NCBI GenBank assembly: GCA_963770685.1
Contig: CAVYQN010000001.1
Span: 3,179-67,178, forward strand
DNA from: Candidatus Krumholzibacteriia bacterium
Lineage (GTDB): Bacteria > Krumholzibacteriota > Krumholzibacteriia > Krumholzibacteriales > Krumholzibacteriaceae
Direction of reading: 5' to 3'
DNA length: 64,000 nucleotides
The position numbers and the translations under genes were made by a program. Position 1 is the first letter of the stretch, and the number at the start of each line of letters is the position of its first letter. Of the stretch, positions 21,412 through 30,850 are shown one piece after another. Below the pieces are notes generated by a model. It was not told the origin of the DNA and ran no database searches. It saw only the letters and a program-made list of their open reading frames with translations.

Positions 21412-22563
21412 TCAGCCGTGCCTGGCTCTCAGGAATTCCCTTGTCCGCCTGTCCGCATCCATAACATCCTCCACGCAACGCGGATCGCGAAATTCATGGG
21501 CTCCGAGAGCCTCCTCTATCCAGTCGGTTATTTCCAGGAATCCTATCCTTCCCGAAAGAAATGCCGATACGGCCGCCTCGTCGGCCGCGTTAAGAACGGC
21601 GGGGGCGGTCCCTCCCGCCCTCGCGGCCTCCAGGGCCAGCCCGAAGGCCGGAAATTTCCCCTCGTCGAGAGGAATGAAATCGAGCCTTCCGATATCCTCG
21701 ATCCTGAGATTTTCCCACGGGAATTCCCTGATCTCCGGATGATACATCGAGCTCATCAGCGGGAGCTTCATGTCGGCCGGCCCGAGATGTGCAAGAAATG
21801 AACCATCCCTCATCCGCACGAGCGAATGCACGATCGATTGCGGATGTATGACGACCTTGATCGAATCGAGCCCGAAACCGAAAAGCCAGTGAGCTTCTAT
21901 GACCTCCATGCCCTTGTTGAGAAGGTTGGCGCTGTCGATCGATCACTCTTCCTTCCCATCCTCCAGGTGGGATGATTCAACGCCTCTTCAACGGTGACCT
22001 TTTCCAGGTCCCGCCGATCCCTTTTGAAAAACGGGCCTCCGGATGCGGTCAAAACCAGTTCTATCGTGTCGGCCCTGTTGCCGCAAAGGCACCTCGAAAG
22101 GGAAAAGTGCTCGCTGTCCACCGGTATGATCATATCCGGGCGGTCCCTGACGATATCCATGACGATCCTGCCGCCCGACACGAGCGTTTCCTTGTTCGCG
22201 AGGGCCACGGCGCATCCGGCCTCGAGCGCCGTCACGGTCGGCCCGAGCCCGGCTATGCCGACCAGGGCGTTCACCACGAGATCCGGCGCCGGTCTCCACG
22301 ATGAGCGCCTCGATCCCTTCCCGCCCCGTCCCGCGCGATCTTGATGCCAGGGACGGGTGCCGCAACGCCATCCTCGCCATGTCATCGTCCTGTCCGAGCG
22401 TGAATACGGCGCGCGGGAAAAGCTGAAGCTGTTTTGCGAGCTCGTCGATGTTGCCACCGGCGGAGAGCCCCACTATCTCAATATCGCCGCGCCCCGCCCC
22501 CGCGATCTCAAGCGCGGCCCTCCCTATCGAACCCGTCGACCCGAGTATTGCAACCCTCTTCAA
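21412..22563 (-). CDS. dxr: 1-deoxy-D-xylulose 5-phosphate reductoisomerase, reading frame broken twice
   Basis: Motifs seen: MKRVAILGSTGSIGRAAL..., LVVNALVGIAGLGPT, LANKETLV, DSEH, NHPTWRMG, NKGMEVIEAHWLFG. The gene uses three frames (21988..22563, 21897..22457, 21412..21909). Switches lie near 22283 and 21940-21950. Confidence 0.9.
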
Positions 22564-22578
22564 GATGACCGTGCCTTT

Positions 22579-23457
22579 TCAGTCGAGAATGAAATATTTC
22601 AGCGAATAATATATCATCGGCGCCGTGAAAAGAAGGGAATCGAACCTGTCGAGGACTCCTCCGTGCCCGGGTATCGTCCCGGACGAATCCTTTATCCTGA
22701 CGTCCCTTTTCAGCATCGACTCGACGAGATCGCCGATCTGCCCTATGACGGAAGAGCCGACGGCCAGCAGGCACGCTTCGATCACGCTGAGGAACGGCGT
22801 CAGCAGGGCCCTGACTATCATTATCCCGGCGACCGAGAATATCACGCCGCCGACAGCCCCCTCCACCGTTTTCCCCGGAGAGATCGTCGGGCACAGCTTG
22901 TGCCTGCCGATCAGGCGCCCCACCGTGTACGCTCCGGTATCGTAACACCATGTCAGCGCGAACGCCATGACGACGAATCCGAAGCCCGCCGAATAATCCA
23001 GCCCCACGAGATGGGGCAGTTCCCTGAGCAGGACAAGATGGCTTCCGAGCCACGCGATGTAGAAGACGCCGAATACGGTCACCGAGATGTGGTATACGGC
23101 AAGCCCTTTTTCCCTTCTGAACAGTTCCATGGCCATGATGCCCGTAAAGATCAGGCTCAGAAGGAAGTTCGCATAAACCCCCTGCTGAAAGAAGATGTAC
23201 CACGGGATCGCGATCCCGGAGAGTATGCCTATCACCTTGTACGGTGAAAGCCCCTTGGCCTGCATCATGCCGTAAAACTCGTAGAGACCGACGAGCAGGA
23301 TGAGGTCTATCAGCACCAGGTAATAGATTCCTCCGCGCCTTGCGATCAGGAGAAGGCACGGAATGAATATCGCGGCCATGAGCAAGCGCCGCGGAAGGGA
23401 ATCCGGGTTCCCCGCCGTGGCGGATGCGGCTTCGACATGATCGCCCGGTCTATCCAT
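22579..23457 (-). CDS. cdsA: Phosphatidate cytidylyltransferase
   Basis: A polytopic membrane protein of 292 aa with the signature GKTVEGAVGG...PGHGGVLDRFDS. Confidence 0.85.
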   Translation of the reverse strand: MDRPGDHVEAASATAGNPDSLPRRLLMAAIFIPCLLLIARRGGIYYLVLIDLILLVGLYEFYGMMQAKGLSPYKVIGILSGIAIPWYIFFQQGVYANFLLSLIFTGIMAMELFRREKGLAVYHISVTVFGVFYIAWLGSHLVLLRELPHLVGLDYSAGFGFVVMAFALTWCYDTGAYTVGRLIGRHKLCPTISPGKTVEGAVGGVIFSVAGIMIVRALLTPFLSVIEACLLAVGSSVIGQIGDLVESMLKRDVRIKDSSGTIPGHGGVLDRFDSLLFTAPMIYYSLKYFILD

Positions 23458-24221
23458 GCAGCTCCACGCCGGTCCTGTTCACCCGGCCGAATCTTCGCTC
23501 CCGTCCCATGTAATCCCTTATGGCCGCGACAAGATGCTCTTCCCTGAAATCCGGCCACAGCACGTCCGTGACGAATATCTCCGAATAGGCGATCTGCCAG
23601 AGAAGAAAGTTGCTCACCCGAAGCTCCCCGCTGCTTCTTATCAGAAGGTCGGGGTCCGGAAGGTCCGGAGAGTAAAGATACCTGCTGAATATCTCCTGGT
23701 CGACGGTTTCGGGATCGACCTTTCCGGAACTAACGTCCATGCAGAGTTTCTTCGCCGCATCGGCTATCTCGGCCCGTCCGCTGTAGCTGAGGCAAAGATT
23801 GAGAATCATGCCGTCGTTCCGACGCGAGCCTGTCGATCGTCTCCTGAAGCGTTTTCATGGTGACATTGGGCAGAAGGTCGAGCCTTCCCATCGCCCTCAG
23901 CCTTATGTTGTTCTTGTCCAGCTCGAGATATTCGGTTTTAAGGACGTTCCTGAGGAACGTCATCAGGCTCTGCACCTCCCGGCGGGGTCTCTGCCAGTTT
24001 TCGAGCGAGAATGTATAAAGCGAAAGCACCGGGATGCCGAGCCTGGCGCATGTCCTGACCACGGTCCTGACCGATTCCCGCCCCTCCTTGTGCCCCGCTA
24101 TCCTCGGCAGTTTCCTTTTGCTCGCCCACCTGCCGTTTCCATCCATTATGATGGCGATATGGTGCGGAAGCCCCGGCTTGTTTTTCAGATCCTCTATCTC
24201 GCTGTCGATCTCGTCGCGCAT
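23450..24221 (-). CDS. uppS: Isoprenyl transferase / undecaprenyl-diphosphate synthase, reading frame broken once
   Basis: HIAIIMDGNGRWA and FSLENWQRP lie in piece 23730..24221. LSYSGRAEI and RSSGELRVSNFLLWQIAYSE lie in piece 23450..23809. The switch lies near 23815-23825. The gene overlaps the cdsA start by 8 nt. Confidence 0.9.
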
Positions 24222-24250
24222 TTGCCCCCCGGAGGTCCGCCGGCCGCGAA

Positions 24251-24814
24251 CTAGAATTCCATGATTTCCTTTTCCTTGACATCGGAGACCATGTCGATCT
24301 CTTTAATCGAACTGTCCGTCATATCCTGAATTTTCTTCTGATAACGGTGAATTTCGTCTTCGGAGATTTCGTGGCTTTTCTCGAGCTTCTTTAGTTTTTC
24401 GTTGGAGTCCCGGCGGACATTCCTTATGGCGATCCTGCCTTCCTCGATTATGTGTTTCACGGTCTTCACGAGATCGTGCCTTCTTTCCTCGGTGAGCGCG
24501 GGAAGGGGTATCCGGATGAAATTGCCGTCGCTCTGAGGATTCAGCCCGAGATTGGAAGCGAGTATGGCCTTGACTATGTCCGCGGTGGTGGTTTTCTCCC
24601 ACGGCTGCACGGTTATCAGTTTCGGATCGGGGATGGCGATGTTGGCTATCTGCCTTAAAGGAACCATCGAACCGTAGTAGTCTACCTTGATGCTGTCAAG
24701 AAGCGTGGACGACGCCTTTCCCGTTCGGACCGACGCCAGCTCCGCTTCCGCGGCCTCGATCGATTTCTTCATGTGTTCGCGGGTTTCGACAATGATTTCC
24801 TCCAGCTTGTCCAT
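24251..24814 (-). CDS. frr: Ribosome recycling factor
   Basis: 187 aa. Typical RRF sequence (SVRTGKASSTLLDSIKVDYYGS..., PLPALTEERR) in the conserved frr-pyrH-tsf-rpsB context. Confidence 0.95.
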   Translation of the reverse strand: MDKLEEIIVETREHMKKSIEAAEAELASVRTGKASSTLLDSIKVDYYGSMVPLRQIANIAIPDPKLITVQPWEKTTTADIVKAILASNLGLNPQSDGNFIRIPLPALTEERRHDLVKTVKHIIEEGRIAIRNVRRDSNEKLKKLEKSHEISEDEIHRYQKKIQDMTDSSIKEIDMVSDVKEKEIMEF

Positions 24815-24826
24815 GATGACGCCTCC

Positions 24827-25540
24827 TCACGTTACCAGTGTCCCGATTTCCTCTCCTGTCAGGACTTTTTTCAGGTTCCCTTTTTCCCGGATGTTGAAAA
24901 CTATGATCGGGATGTTGTTGTCCCTGCAAAGGGCGACGGCCGTGCCGTCCATCACCCTCAGGTCGTCCCTGAGCACTTCGGAGAAGGTGACCTCCTTCAG
25001 CATCTGCGCTTCCGGATTCCTGACGGGATCCCTGTCGTAAATGCCCTTTACCTTCGTCCCTTTCATCAGCACGTCGGCCTCGATCTCGGCCGCCCTCAGG
25101 GCGGCCGCCGTATCGGTCGTGAAATACGGATTCCCGGTGCCGCCGGCGAGGATCAGTATTCTCCCTTCGTCGAGATGCATAAGGGCCGTTCTCCTTATGA
25201 ATCTTTCCGACACCTGTCCCACGGCGAAAGGAGTCATGACGCGCGCTTCCACGCCCATCTGCTCGAGCGCTCCCTGGAGGGCAAGGGCGTTTATCACGGT
25301 CCCCAGCATGCCCATGTAATCGGCGGAGATCCTGTGGACCGCCCTCCCGCTCAGCATCGATCCGCGCAGGATATTCCCTCCTCCCGCCACCACGGCTATC
25401 TGCGCCCCCGTATCGTGGGCTTCGCTGAGTTCCTTCGCGAAATCCTCAACCATGTCGAGGCTGATGCATTGCTCCACCCCGCCGAACACCTCTCCGCTTA
25501 CCTTGAGGAGTAGTCTCTTTATCTCCGGACGCCGGCTCAT
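24827..25540 (-). CDS. pyrH: UMP kinase
   Basis: KRLLLKVSGE...GGGNILRG...AGGTGNPYFTTDTAAALRA. I prefer the ATG at 25540, which has GGAAGGAG upstream. The ORF-track start at 25555 abuts the tsf terminator T-tract. Confidence 0.95.
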   Translation of the reverse strand: MSRRPEIKRLLLKVSGEVFGGVEQCISLDMVEDFAKELSEAHDTGAQIAVVAGGGNILRGSMLSGRAVHRISADYMGMLGTVINALALQGALEQMGVEARVMTPFAVGQVSERFIRRTALMHLDEGRILILAGGTGNPYFTTDTAAALRAAEIEADVLMKGTKVKGIYDRDPVRNPEAQMLKEVTFSEVLRDDLRVMDGTAVALCRDNNIPIIVFNIREKGNLKKVLTGEEIGTLVT

Positions 25541-25554
25541 CAGCACTCCTTCCA

Positions 25555-25587
25555 TAAAAAAGCGCAGGAAACGGTAGTCTCCTGCGC
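25555..25587 (-). terminator. Rho-independent terminator after tsf
   Basis: 8-bp stem 25562-25569/25580-25587 (GCGCAGGA...TCCTGCGC). It is followed on the minus strand by T6 (25556-25561). Confidence 0.6.
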
Positions 25588-25629
25588 CGGATGTTTCGCA
25601 CTACTGTCCTATTTCTGAAATTCTGCCGT

Positions 25630-26232
25630 TCAGGATATTTCCTCTCCCAGCTGAAAACGGACGAAACGCTTCACGATTATGTTCTCCCCGAGCTTGCCTA
25701 TCGTCTCCTTGATGAGATCCTCGACCGTGATCTTGTCGTCCTTTATGAACGGCTGCTCGAGAAGCACTGATTCATGGTAGAACTTTTCGAGCTTGCCTTC
25801 AATGATTTTATCGAGCACTTTCTCCGGTTTTCCCGACTGAAGGGCCTGATTTCTGTATATCTCCTTCTCTCCGGCCAGAATATCGGCGGGTATCTGTTCC
25901 CTTAGAACGACCGTCGGGTTCGCTGCCGCGACCTGCATGGCCAGATTCCTGCCGAGATCGATGAAATCCTGCGTCCTCGCGACGAAATCCGTTTCGCAGT
26001 TCAATTCGAGAAGCACGCCGAGTTTCTCGTTGCTGTGAAGATAGTAGAATACCTTGCCTTCGTTGGCGGCCCTGTGAGAGCGCTTCGCCGCCGAAGAAAG
26101 GCCCTTTTCGCGAAGGAATTTCACCGCTTCGGCCATGTCGCCGCCGGACTGCTGCAGGGCTTTCTTGCAATCCATCATCCCTGCGTTCGTCATCTCCCTG
26201 AGTTCTTTAACCAGCTTGGGTGTAATTTCCAT
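25630..26232 (-). CDS. tsf: Translation elongation factor Ts
   Basis: 200 aa. The N-terminal UBA-like block is VKELREMTNAGMMDCKKAL and the context is conserved. Confidence 0.95.
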   Translation of the reverse strand: MEITPKLVKELREMTNAGMMDCKKALQQSGGDMAEAVKFLREKGLSSAAKRSHRAANEGKVFYYLHSNEKLGVLLELNCETDFVARTQDFIDLGRNLAMQVAAANPTVVLREQIPADILAGEKEIYRNQALQSGKPEKVLDKIIEGKLEKFYHESVLLEQPFIKDDKITVEDLIKETIGKLGENIIVKRFVRFQLGEEIS

Positions 26233-26255
26233 CTATCTTTCCTCCGAAAACTGTT

Positions 26256-27071
26256 CTATCCCCGTTCAACGCCGGGATCGCCTTCCGTCTCCCGCTTCCC
26301 GGCTGATTCTTTCGCGGCCGGCGCCTTTTTCTCACCCGTCTCGACGGCCGGTTTCTTTCCCTTTTTATCCATGAATTCCTTGTTTTTCAGGTAACTCGAT
26401 CTGCCCTCGATGATCGCGTCTGAAAGCGCCTTCGTGAAAAGCTTGATCGAACGGATCGCGTCATCGTTCGCGGGTATTGGCAGATCGACCTCTTCCGGGT
26501 CGCTGTTCGTGTCCACGAGCCCAATCAGGGGAATTCGGAGTTTTCTTGCTTCCTGTATCGCGATGGCTTCCTTCTTGGTGTCGAAGACTATTATGCAGGA
26601 GGGCATCCTTTCCATCTTCCGGATGCCGGAGAGAACCTTGATGAGCTTCTGCTTCTGCTTTTCCAGATCGAGGCGTTCCTTCTTCGAAAGCAGCTCGATT
26701 CTGCCGTCCTTCTCCATCGCTTCGATGTTGTCCAGCTTGCTGATGCTCTGGCTGATCGTCTTGAAATTGGTCAGAGTCCCGCCGAGCCATCGCTCGTTGA
26801 TATAATACATGCCGCATCTGTCGGCGTCTTCCTTGACGCTTTCCTTCGACTGGCGTTTCGTGCCCACGAAGAGAACCGTCTTGCCTTCAGCGGCAATATC
26901 GACGAGCATCTTGCAGGCCTGTTCGAGTTTTTCCAGGGTTTTATGCAGATCGATGATGTAGATGCCGTTCTGTTCTTTGAAGATGAAGGGTTTCATCTTC
27001 GGGTTCCAGCGCCTGGTCTGGTGCCCGAAATGCACACCGGCTTCAAGCAGGTCCTTGGTCTGGACTTCCAC
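26256..27071 (-). CDS. rpsB: 30S ribosomal protein S2
   Basis: LLEAGVHFGHQTRRWNPKM... is a typical S2 sequence. The protein has a Lys/Glu-rich C-terminal extension. Confidence 0.95.
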   Translation of the reverse strand: MEVQTKDLLEAGVHFGHQTRRWNPKMKPFIFKEQNGIYIIDLHKTLEKLEQACKMLVDIAAEGKTVLFVGTKRQSKESVKEDADRCGMYYINERWLGGTLTNFKTISQSISKLDNIEAMEKDGRIELLSKKERLDLEKQKQKLIKVLSGIRKMERMPSCIIVFDTKKEAIAIQEARKLRIPLIGLVDTNSDPEEVDLPIPANDDAIRSIKLFTKALSDAIIEGRSSYLKNKEFMDKKGKKPAVETGEKKAPAAKESAGKRETEGDPGVERG

Positions 27072-27170
27072 TGTTCGCTCCTTCTGGTTGATCCTCCACC
27101 CCTCCGTCAGACCGGCCCTATCCCTTCCGGGACACCAGGGGCCGAAGAGGGGTGTGTGTAATGGACACCC

Positions 27171-27590
27171 CTATCGCTTGGAGAATTGGAATTTCTTCCT
27201 TGCGCCGGGCTGCCCGTACTTCTTGCGTTCCTTCTCCCTCGGATCCCTCGTCAGGAAACCTCCCGACTTGAGCACCTTCTTGTGGGTCTCGTCCTGGAGA
27301 AGTATCGCTCTTGCGATGCCGAGACGTATCGCGCCCGCCTGCCCCGATGTCCCGCCCCCCTTTACCGTCGCCTTGATGTCGAATCTCATCTCGGTGTTGG
27401 TCACGTTGAGAGGCTGTCTAACGAGCAGGGTGAGGCTTTCCCTCATCATGTAATCACTGAGGGATTTCCCGTTGACCATGATGCTCCCCTTTCCCTCGGA
27501 AAGGTAGATGCGGGCAACGGACGATTTTCTCCTGCCGACAGCGTGAAATACTTCTTTTGCCAATTCTTCACCTCCTCCCGCAAGGTTCAA
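27171..27590 (-). CDS. rpsI: 30S ribosomal protein S9
   Basis: GRRKSSVARIYL...GGGTSGQAGAIRLGIARAL...LTRDPREKERKKYG. The exact start is uncertain. Confidence 0.95.
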   Translation of the reverse strand: MNLAGGGEELAKEVFHAVGRRKSSVARIYLSEGKGSIMVNGKSLSDYMMRESLTLLVRQPLNVTNTEMRFDIKATVKGGGTSGQAGAIRLGIARAILLQDETHKKVLKSGGFLTRDPREKERKKYGQPGARKKFQFSKR

Positions 27591-27628
27591 TGATTATGAA
27601 AAATTCGCGGACTGGCGGACCGGACCCG

Positions 27629-28060
27629 CTAGAGCTCCAACGGCTCCGGCATCTGGGCTTTATGCGGGTGTTCCGCTCCCGCATAGACCTTCAATTTCTT
27701 GAGCAGCCTTTTGCCGAGTTTGTTGTGCGGAAGCATGCCTTTCACGGCATTCGTAACCGCAAATGTGGGGTCTTTCTCCATCTTCTCCTTGAGATTCGTT
27801 AACCGTATCCCGCCGGTATAACCGGAGTGGCTCCAGTATATTTTATCCTCTTTCTTATTCCCGGTGACATGGATGCGCGACGCATTCACTATGACTATGA
27901 AATCGCCGATATCCATATGGGGCGAGTAACCCGGTTTCGTCTTCCCCCTGAGGATGGAAGCCACCCTGGTGGCCAGCCTTCCAAGGGTTTTCCCGCTTGC
28001 GTCCACAAGATACCAATTTCTGTCAAATTCACCCGGTTTCAACATCGTAGTTTTCTGCAT
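27629..28060 (-). CDS. rplM: 50S ribosomal protein L13
   Basis: WYLVDASGKTLGRLATRVASILRGKTKP... is a typical L13 sequence. Confidence 0.95.
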   Translation of the reverse strand: MQKTTMLKPGEFDRNWYLVDASGKTLGRLATRVASILRGKTKPGYSPHMDIGDFIVIVNASRIHVTGNKKEDKIYWSHSGYTGGIRLTNLKEKMEKDPTFAVTNAVKGMLPHNKLGKRLLKKLKVYAGAEHPHKAQMPEPLEL

Positions 28061-28107
28061 TCGTGATCCTCCAAAAAGCGCACTTCGCCCCGTAAATTAA
28101 GTAACCA

Positions 28108-28136
28108 AATATAAACGGCATCCCCTGTTCTGTCAA
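28108..28136 (-). promoter_or_regulatory. Sigma70-type promoter of rplM-rpsI
   Basis: On the minus strand: consensus TTGACA (28131-28136), 17-nt spacer, TATATT (28108-28113). It sits in an AT-rich spacer about 45 nt upstream of the rplM ATG. Confidence 0.55.
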
Positions 28137-28201
28137 GTTTCTTTAAATAATTATTCAGTAATAATTTAATCGATCCCCGGGCTTCCGCAACCGGGCGGGG
28201 C

Positions 28202-29317
28202 TCACCGGCCTTCGCCCGGAAACCGCCCCGTTTTTCCGCCGTATGGCGGGTAAATGACCCCTTTTTCCGTGATGAAGGCTGTGACCAGTTCGGCCGGAGT
28301 CACGTCGAACGCGGGATTATATACCCGGGCGCCCTCAGGTATCGTTCTAATTCCATTGAAGTAAATGAGTTCATCGTCCGCCCGATGTTCTATCGGTATC
28401 GATTCCCCGCAAGGGGCGTCAGGATCGAAGGTGGAAAGGGGAGCCGCGACGTAGAAAGGCACGCCGAACCTCGCGCACAGGACGGCAACCCCCAGGGTCC
28501 CGATCTTGTTGGCCGTATCCCCGTTGGCCGCTATACGGTCGGCCCCCACGATCGCCGCGCCGATCTTCCCAGTCGAGATCAGGGAAGCGGCGGCCCCGTC
28601 GCACAGCACGGTGACGTCGACGCCGTTTTTCAACAGTTCCCAGGCGGTAAGCCTTCCTCCCTGAAGAAGCGGCCTCGTTTCATCGGCGTAGACGCGGATA
28701 TCCATTCCAAGCCCGCGGGCCGAATATATCACCGCGAGAGCCGTTCCGTATCCGGCCGTGGCGAGCCCTCCCGCGTTGCAATGCGTAAGAACCGACATCC
28801 CGCTCCGCAGAAGAGCAGCTCCGAAGGAGCCTATCCTTTTTTCCGTTTCGAGCTCCTCCTCATAGATCCGGAAAGCCTCGGCGCCGGTTTCCGAGCAGAA
28901 TCGGGCCGAATCGCGGAGGTTTTCACGCGCAACGCCCCTCATCCTTTCGACGGCACGGAAGAGGTTGACCGCGGTGGGCCTCGTGGCGGCCAGAAGATCG
29001 GCCGCTTGATTCAATTTCAGGGCCGCGGCTCCCGGATCTATCGCGACCCCGCGCGCCCCCGACATTCCCGTTTTCCTGTCGAAGAAGAACCCGGCCGTTC
29101 CGGGATCCGACTCCCTGAGCAGATTCTCCAGCTCGAGAAGCATCCCGAAGGCCGCCGCTATCCCGATCGCCGGCGCCCCCCTGACGCGCATCGACCTTAT
29201 AGCCGCAGCGACCTCGTCCGCGCGCGAAAAGCGGAGCATCCTTTCTTCAAGGGGAAGGGCGGTCTGGTCTATCATGACCACGCTTCCTTCCTCGTAGTCT
29301 ATCGTTTGAAGTATCAT
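28202..29317 (-). CDS. mtnA: S-methyl-5-thioribose-1-phosphate isomerase (eIF-2B alpha/beta/delta family)
   Basis: MIDQTALPLEE..., MRVRGAPAIGIAAAFG, GADRIAANGDTANKIGT, PAFDVTPAELV. The likely start is the ATG at 29317 (MILQTIDYEEG). Confidence 0.85.
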   Translation of the reverse strand: MILQTIDYEEGSVVMIDQTALPLEERMLRFSRADEVAAAIRSMRVRGAPAIGIAAAFGMLLELENLLRESDPGTAGFFFDRKTGMSGARGVAIDPGAAALKLNQAADLLAATRPTAVNLFRAVERMRGVARENLRDSARFCSETGAEAFRIYEEELETEKRIGSFGAALLRSGMSVLTHCNAGGLATAGYGTALAVIYSARGLGMDIRVYADETRPLLQGGRLTAWELLKNGVDVTVLCDGAAASLISTGKIGAAIVGADRIAANGDTANKIGTLGVAVLCARFGVPFYVAAPLSTFDPDAPCGESIPIEHRADDELIYFNGIRTIPEGARVYNPAFDVTPAELVTAFITEKGVIYPPYGGKTGRFPGEGR

Positions 29318-29324
29318 GCCCGGA

Positions 29325-29744
29325 TCACTCTCCAATGACGTTCACATGAATCTTCCTGTCTCTCGATCTGTTGTCGAACTCGAGAAAGACCACCTGCTGC
29401 CATGTCCCGAGAACGAGCTGCCCCCCGGAAACGGGGATCGTGATCGAAGTGCCTATGAGGGCCGATCTGAGATGCGAGAACCCGTTTCCATCCCCCCAGG
29501 CCGCGTCGTGCCTGTAAGCGACATTGGAGGGAATGATCCCTTCGAGGAACTCGGGAAGATCCCGCGCCAGTCCCGCCTCGTATTCCAGCGTGGTTATCGC
29601 CGCCGTGGATCCGGGGACGATCACGCTCAGCTGCCCGGTAAGAACGCCGCTTTCCCTGACTGTTTCCCTGAGATGGCCGGTGATGTCGATCACCGATCCG
29701 TCTCCGCTCGTCGAAAAGCCGTACTCTTTCCCGAAGGTCTTCAT
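29325..29744 (-). CDS. yjbQ: YjbQ/UPF0047 family protein (secondary thiamine-phosphate synthase enzyme)
   Basis: About 140 aa with DITGHL...GQLSVIVPGSTAAITTLEYE...WGDGNGFSHLRSALIG...GQLVLGTWQQVVFLEFD, typical of the family. Confidence 0.8.
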   Translation of the reverse strand: MKTFGKEYGFSTSGDGSVIDITGHLRETVRESGVLTGQLSVIVPGSTAAITTLEYEAGLARDLPEFLEGIIPSNVAYRHDAAWGDGNGFSHLRSALIGTSITIPVSGGQLVLGTWQQVVFLEFDNRSRDRKIHVNVIGE

Positions 29745-29764
29745 ACTTCGTCCCCCGGCGGCCG

Positions 29765-30368
29765 TCACCGGCCGATTAGGGTTTCAAGGATCCTGAACAT
29801 GCCGAAGAGCCTCGATACGGGAAGCCCCACGACGTTCAGATAATCGCCTTCGATCCTCTCGACGAAGATCGAAGCGTGCCCCTGTATCGCGTATGCGCCC
29901 GCCTTGTCGAGAGGCTCGTCGAGGCCCGGAGTATATCGCTATCTCGCCCTCCGACAGATCCCTGAAGAAGACCGCCGTGCGTTCCACTTCGACGAGCCTG
30001 TGATCGGGCGGCGCGCATAGAGCCACACCGGTGATCACCTCGTGGCCCTTCCCCGAGAGCTCCCTCAGCATGCCGGCCGCCTCTTCACGGCCGGAAGGTT
30101 TCCCGAGAACCCTTCCTTCGCATACGACCACCGTGTCTGCGGCTATTATCGTTTTCATGGGACGCCTTGCCCTGACATCCTCCGCCTTCAGAGCGGCGAG
30201 CATCGCCGCCGCCGCCGGCGGATCCGTCCAGACCACGTCATCCTCGCGAATGACGGATGGCAGGACTTCGAATTCGAACCCGAGGTCCGACAGGATCTCC
30301 CTTCGCCTCGGCGAAGCGGAAGCGAGGACCAGGCCCTCCTGCACTCTGCGCGAAAGAAAAGGGTTCAT
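29765..30368 (-). CDS. maf: Maf-like nucleoside triphosphate pyrophosphatase, reading frame broken once
   Basis: The start is [26 protein letters not shown]. The frames join as [43 protein letters not shown] if the C3 run at 29925-29927 is one base shorter. The true stop is then at 29765. The upstream part of the 29784..30707 ORF is a spurious extension over dtd. Confidence 0.85.
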
Positions 30369-30397
30369 CGCGATCTCCACTGGATATCCCGGTCCTT

Positions 30398-30850
30398 TCA
30401 GGCCCCCGTCCCCCCGCGCTCCACGAACAACGTAACCGGGCCGTCGTTGACCATGCCGATCATCATGTGCGCGCCGAACACGCCCTCGGAGATCCTCGGA
30501 TAATACCCTTCGAGTATTTCCAGGAATCTCCTGTACAGCTTCAGAGCCTCCGCCGCCGGCGCGCTCGCCGTGAAATCCGGGCGCCTTCCCTTTCCGCAGT
30601 CCCCGAAAAGGGTGAACTGCGAGATCACGAGCACCTCTCCGGACGTTTCCGATACCGAAAAATTCATCCGGCCGTCCCCACCCTCGAAGATGCGCATCTC
30701 CAGGCATTTTCTCGCCATCCAGTCGAGCTCGGCGTCGGAATCCCCCTTGCCGAACCCCGCGAATATCACTATGCCCCTTCCGATCGAAACGACCCTGCGG
30801 CCTTCGACCTCGACAAAGGCTTCGGACACCCTCTGGACGACCGCTCTCAT
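30398..30850 (-). CDS. dtd: D-aminoacyl-tRNA deacylase
   Basis: MRAVVQRVSEAFVEV...ISQFTLFGD...GRRPDF. The ATG at 30850 overlaps the recJ stop as ATGA. Confidence 0.9.
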   Translation of the reverse strand: MRAVVQRVSEAFVEVEGRRVVSIGRGIVIFAGFGKGDSDAELDWMARKCLEMRIFEGGDGRMNFSVSETSGEVLVISQFTLFGDCGKGRRPDFTASAPAAEALKLYRRFLEILEGYYPRISEGVFGAHMMIGMVNDGPVTLFVERGGTGA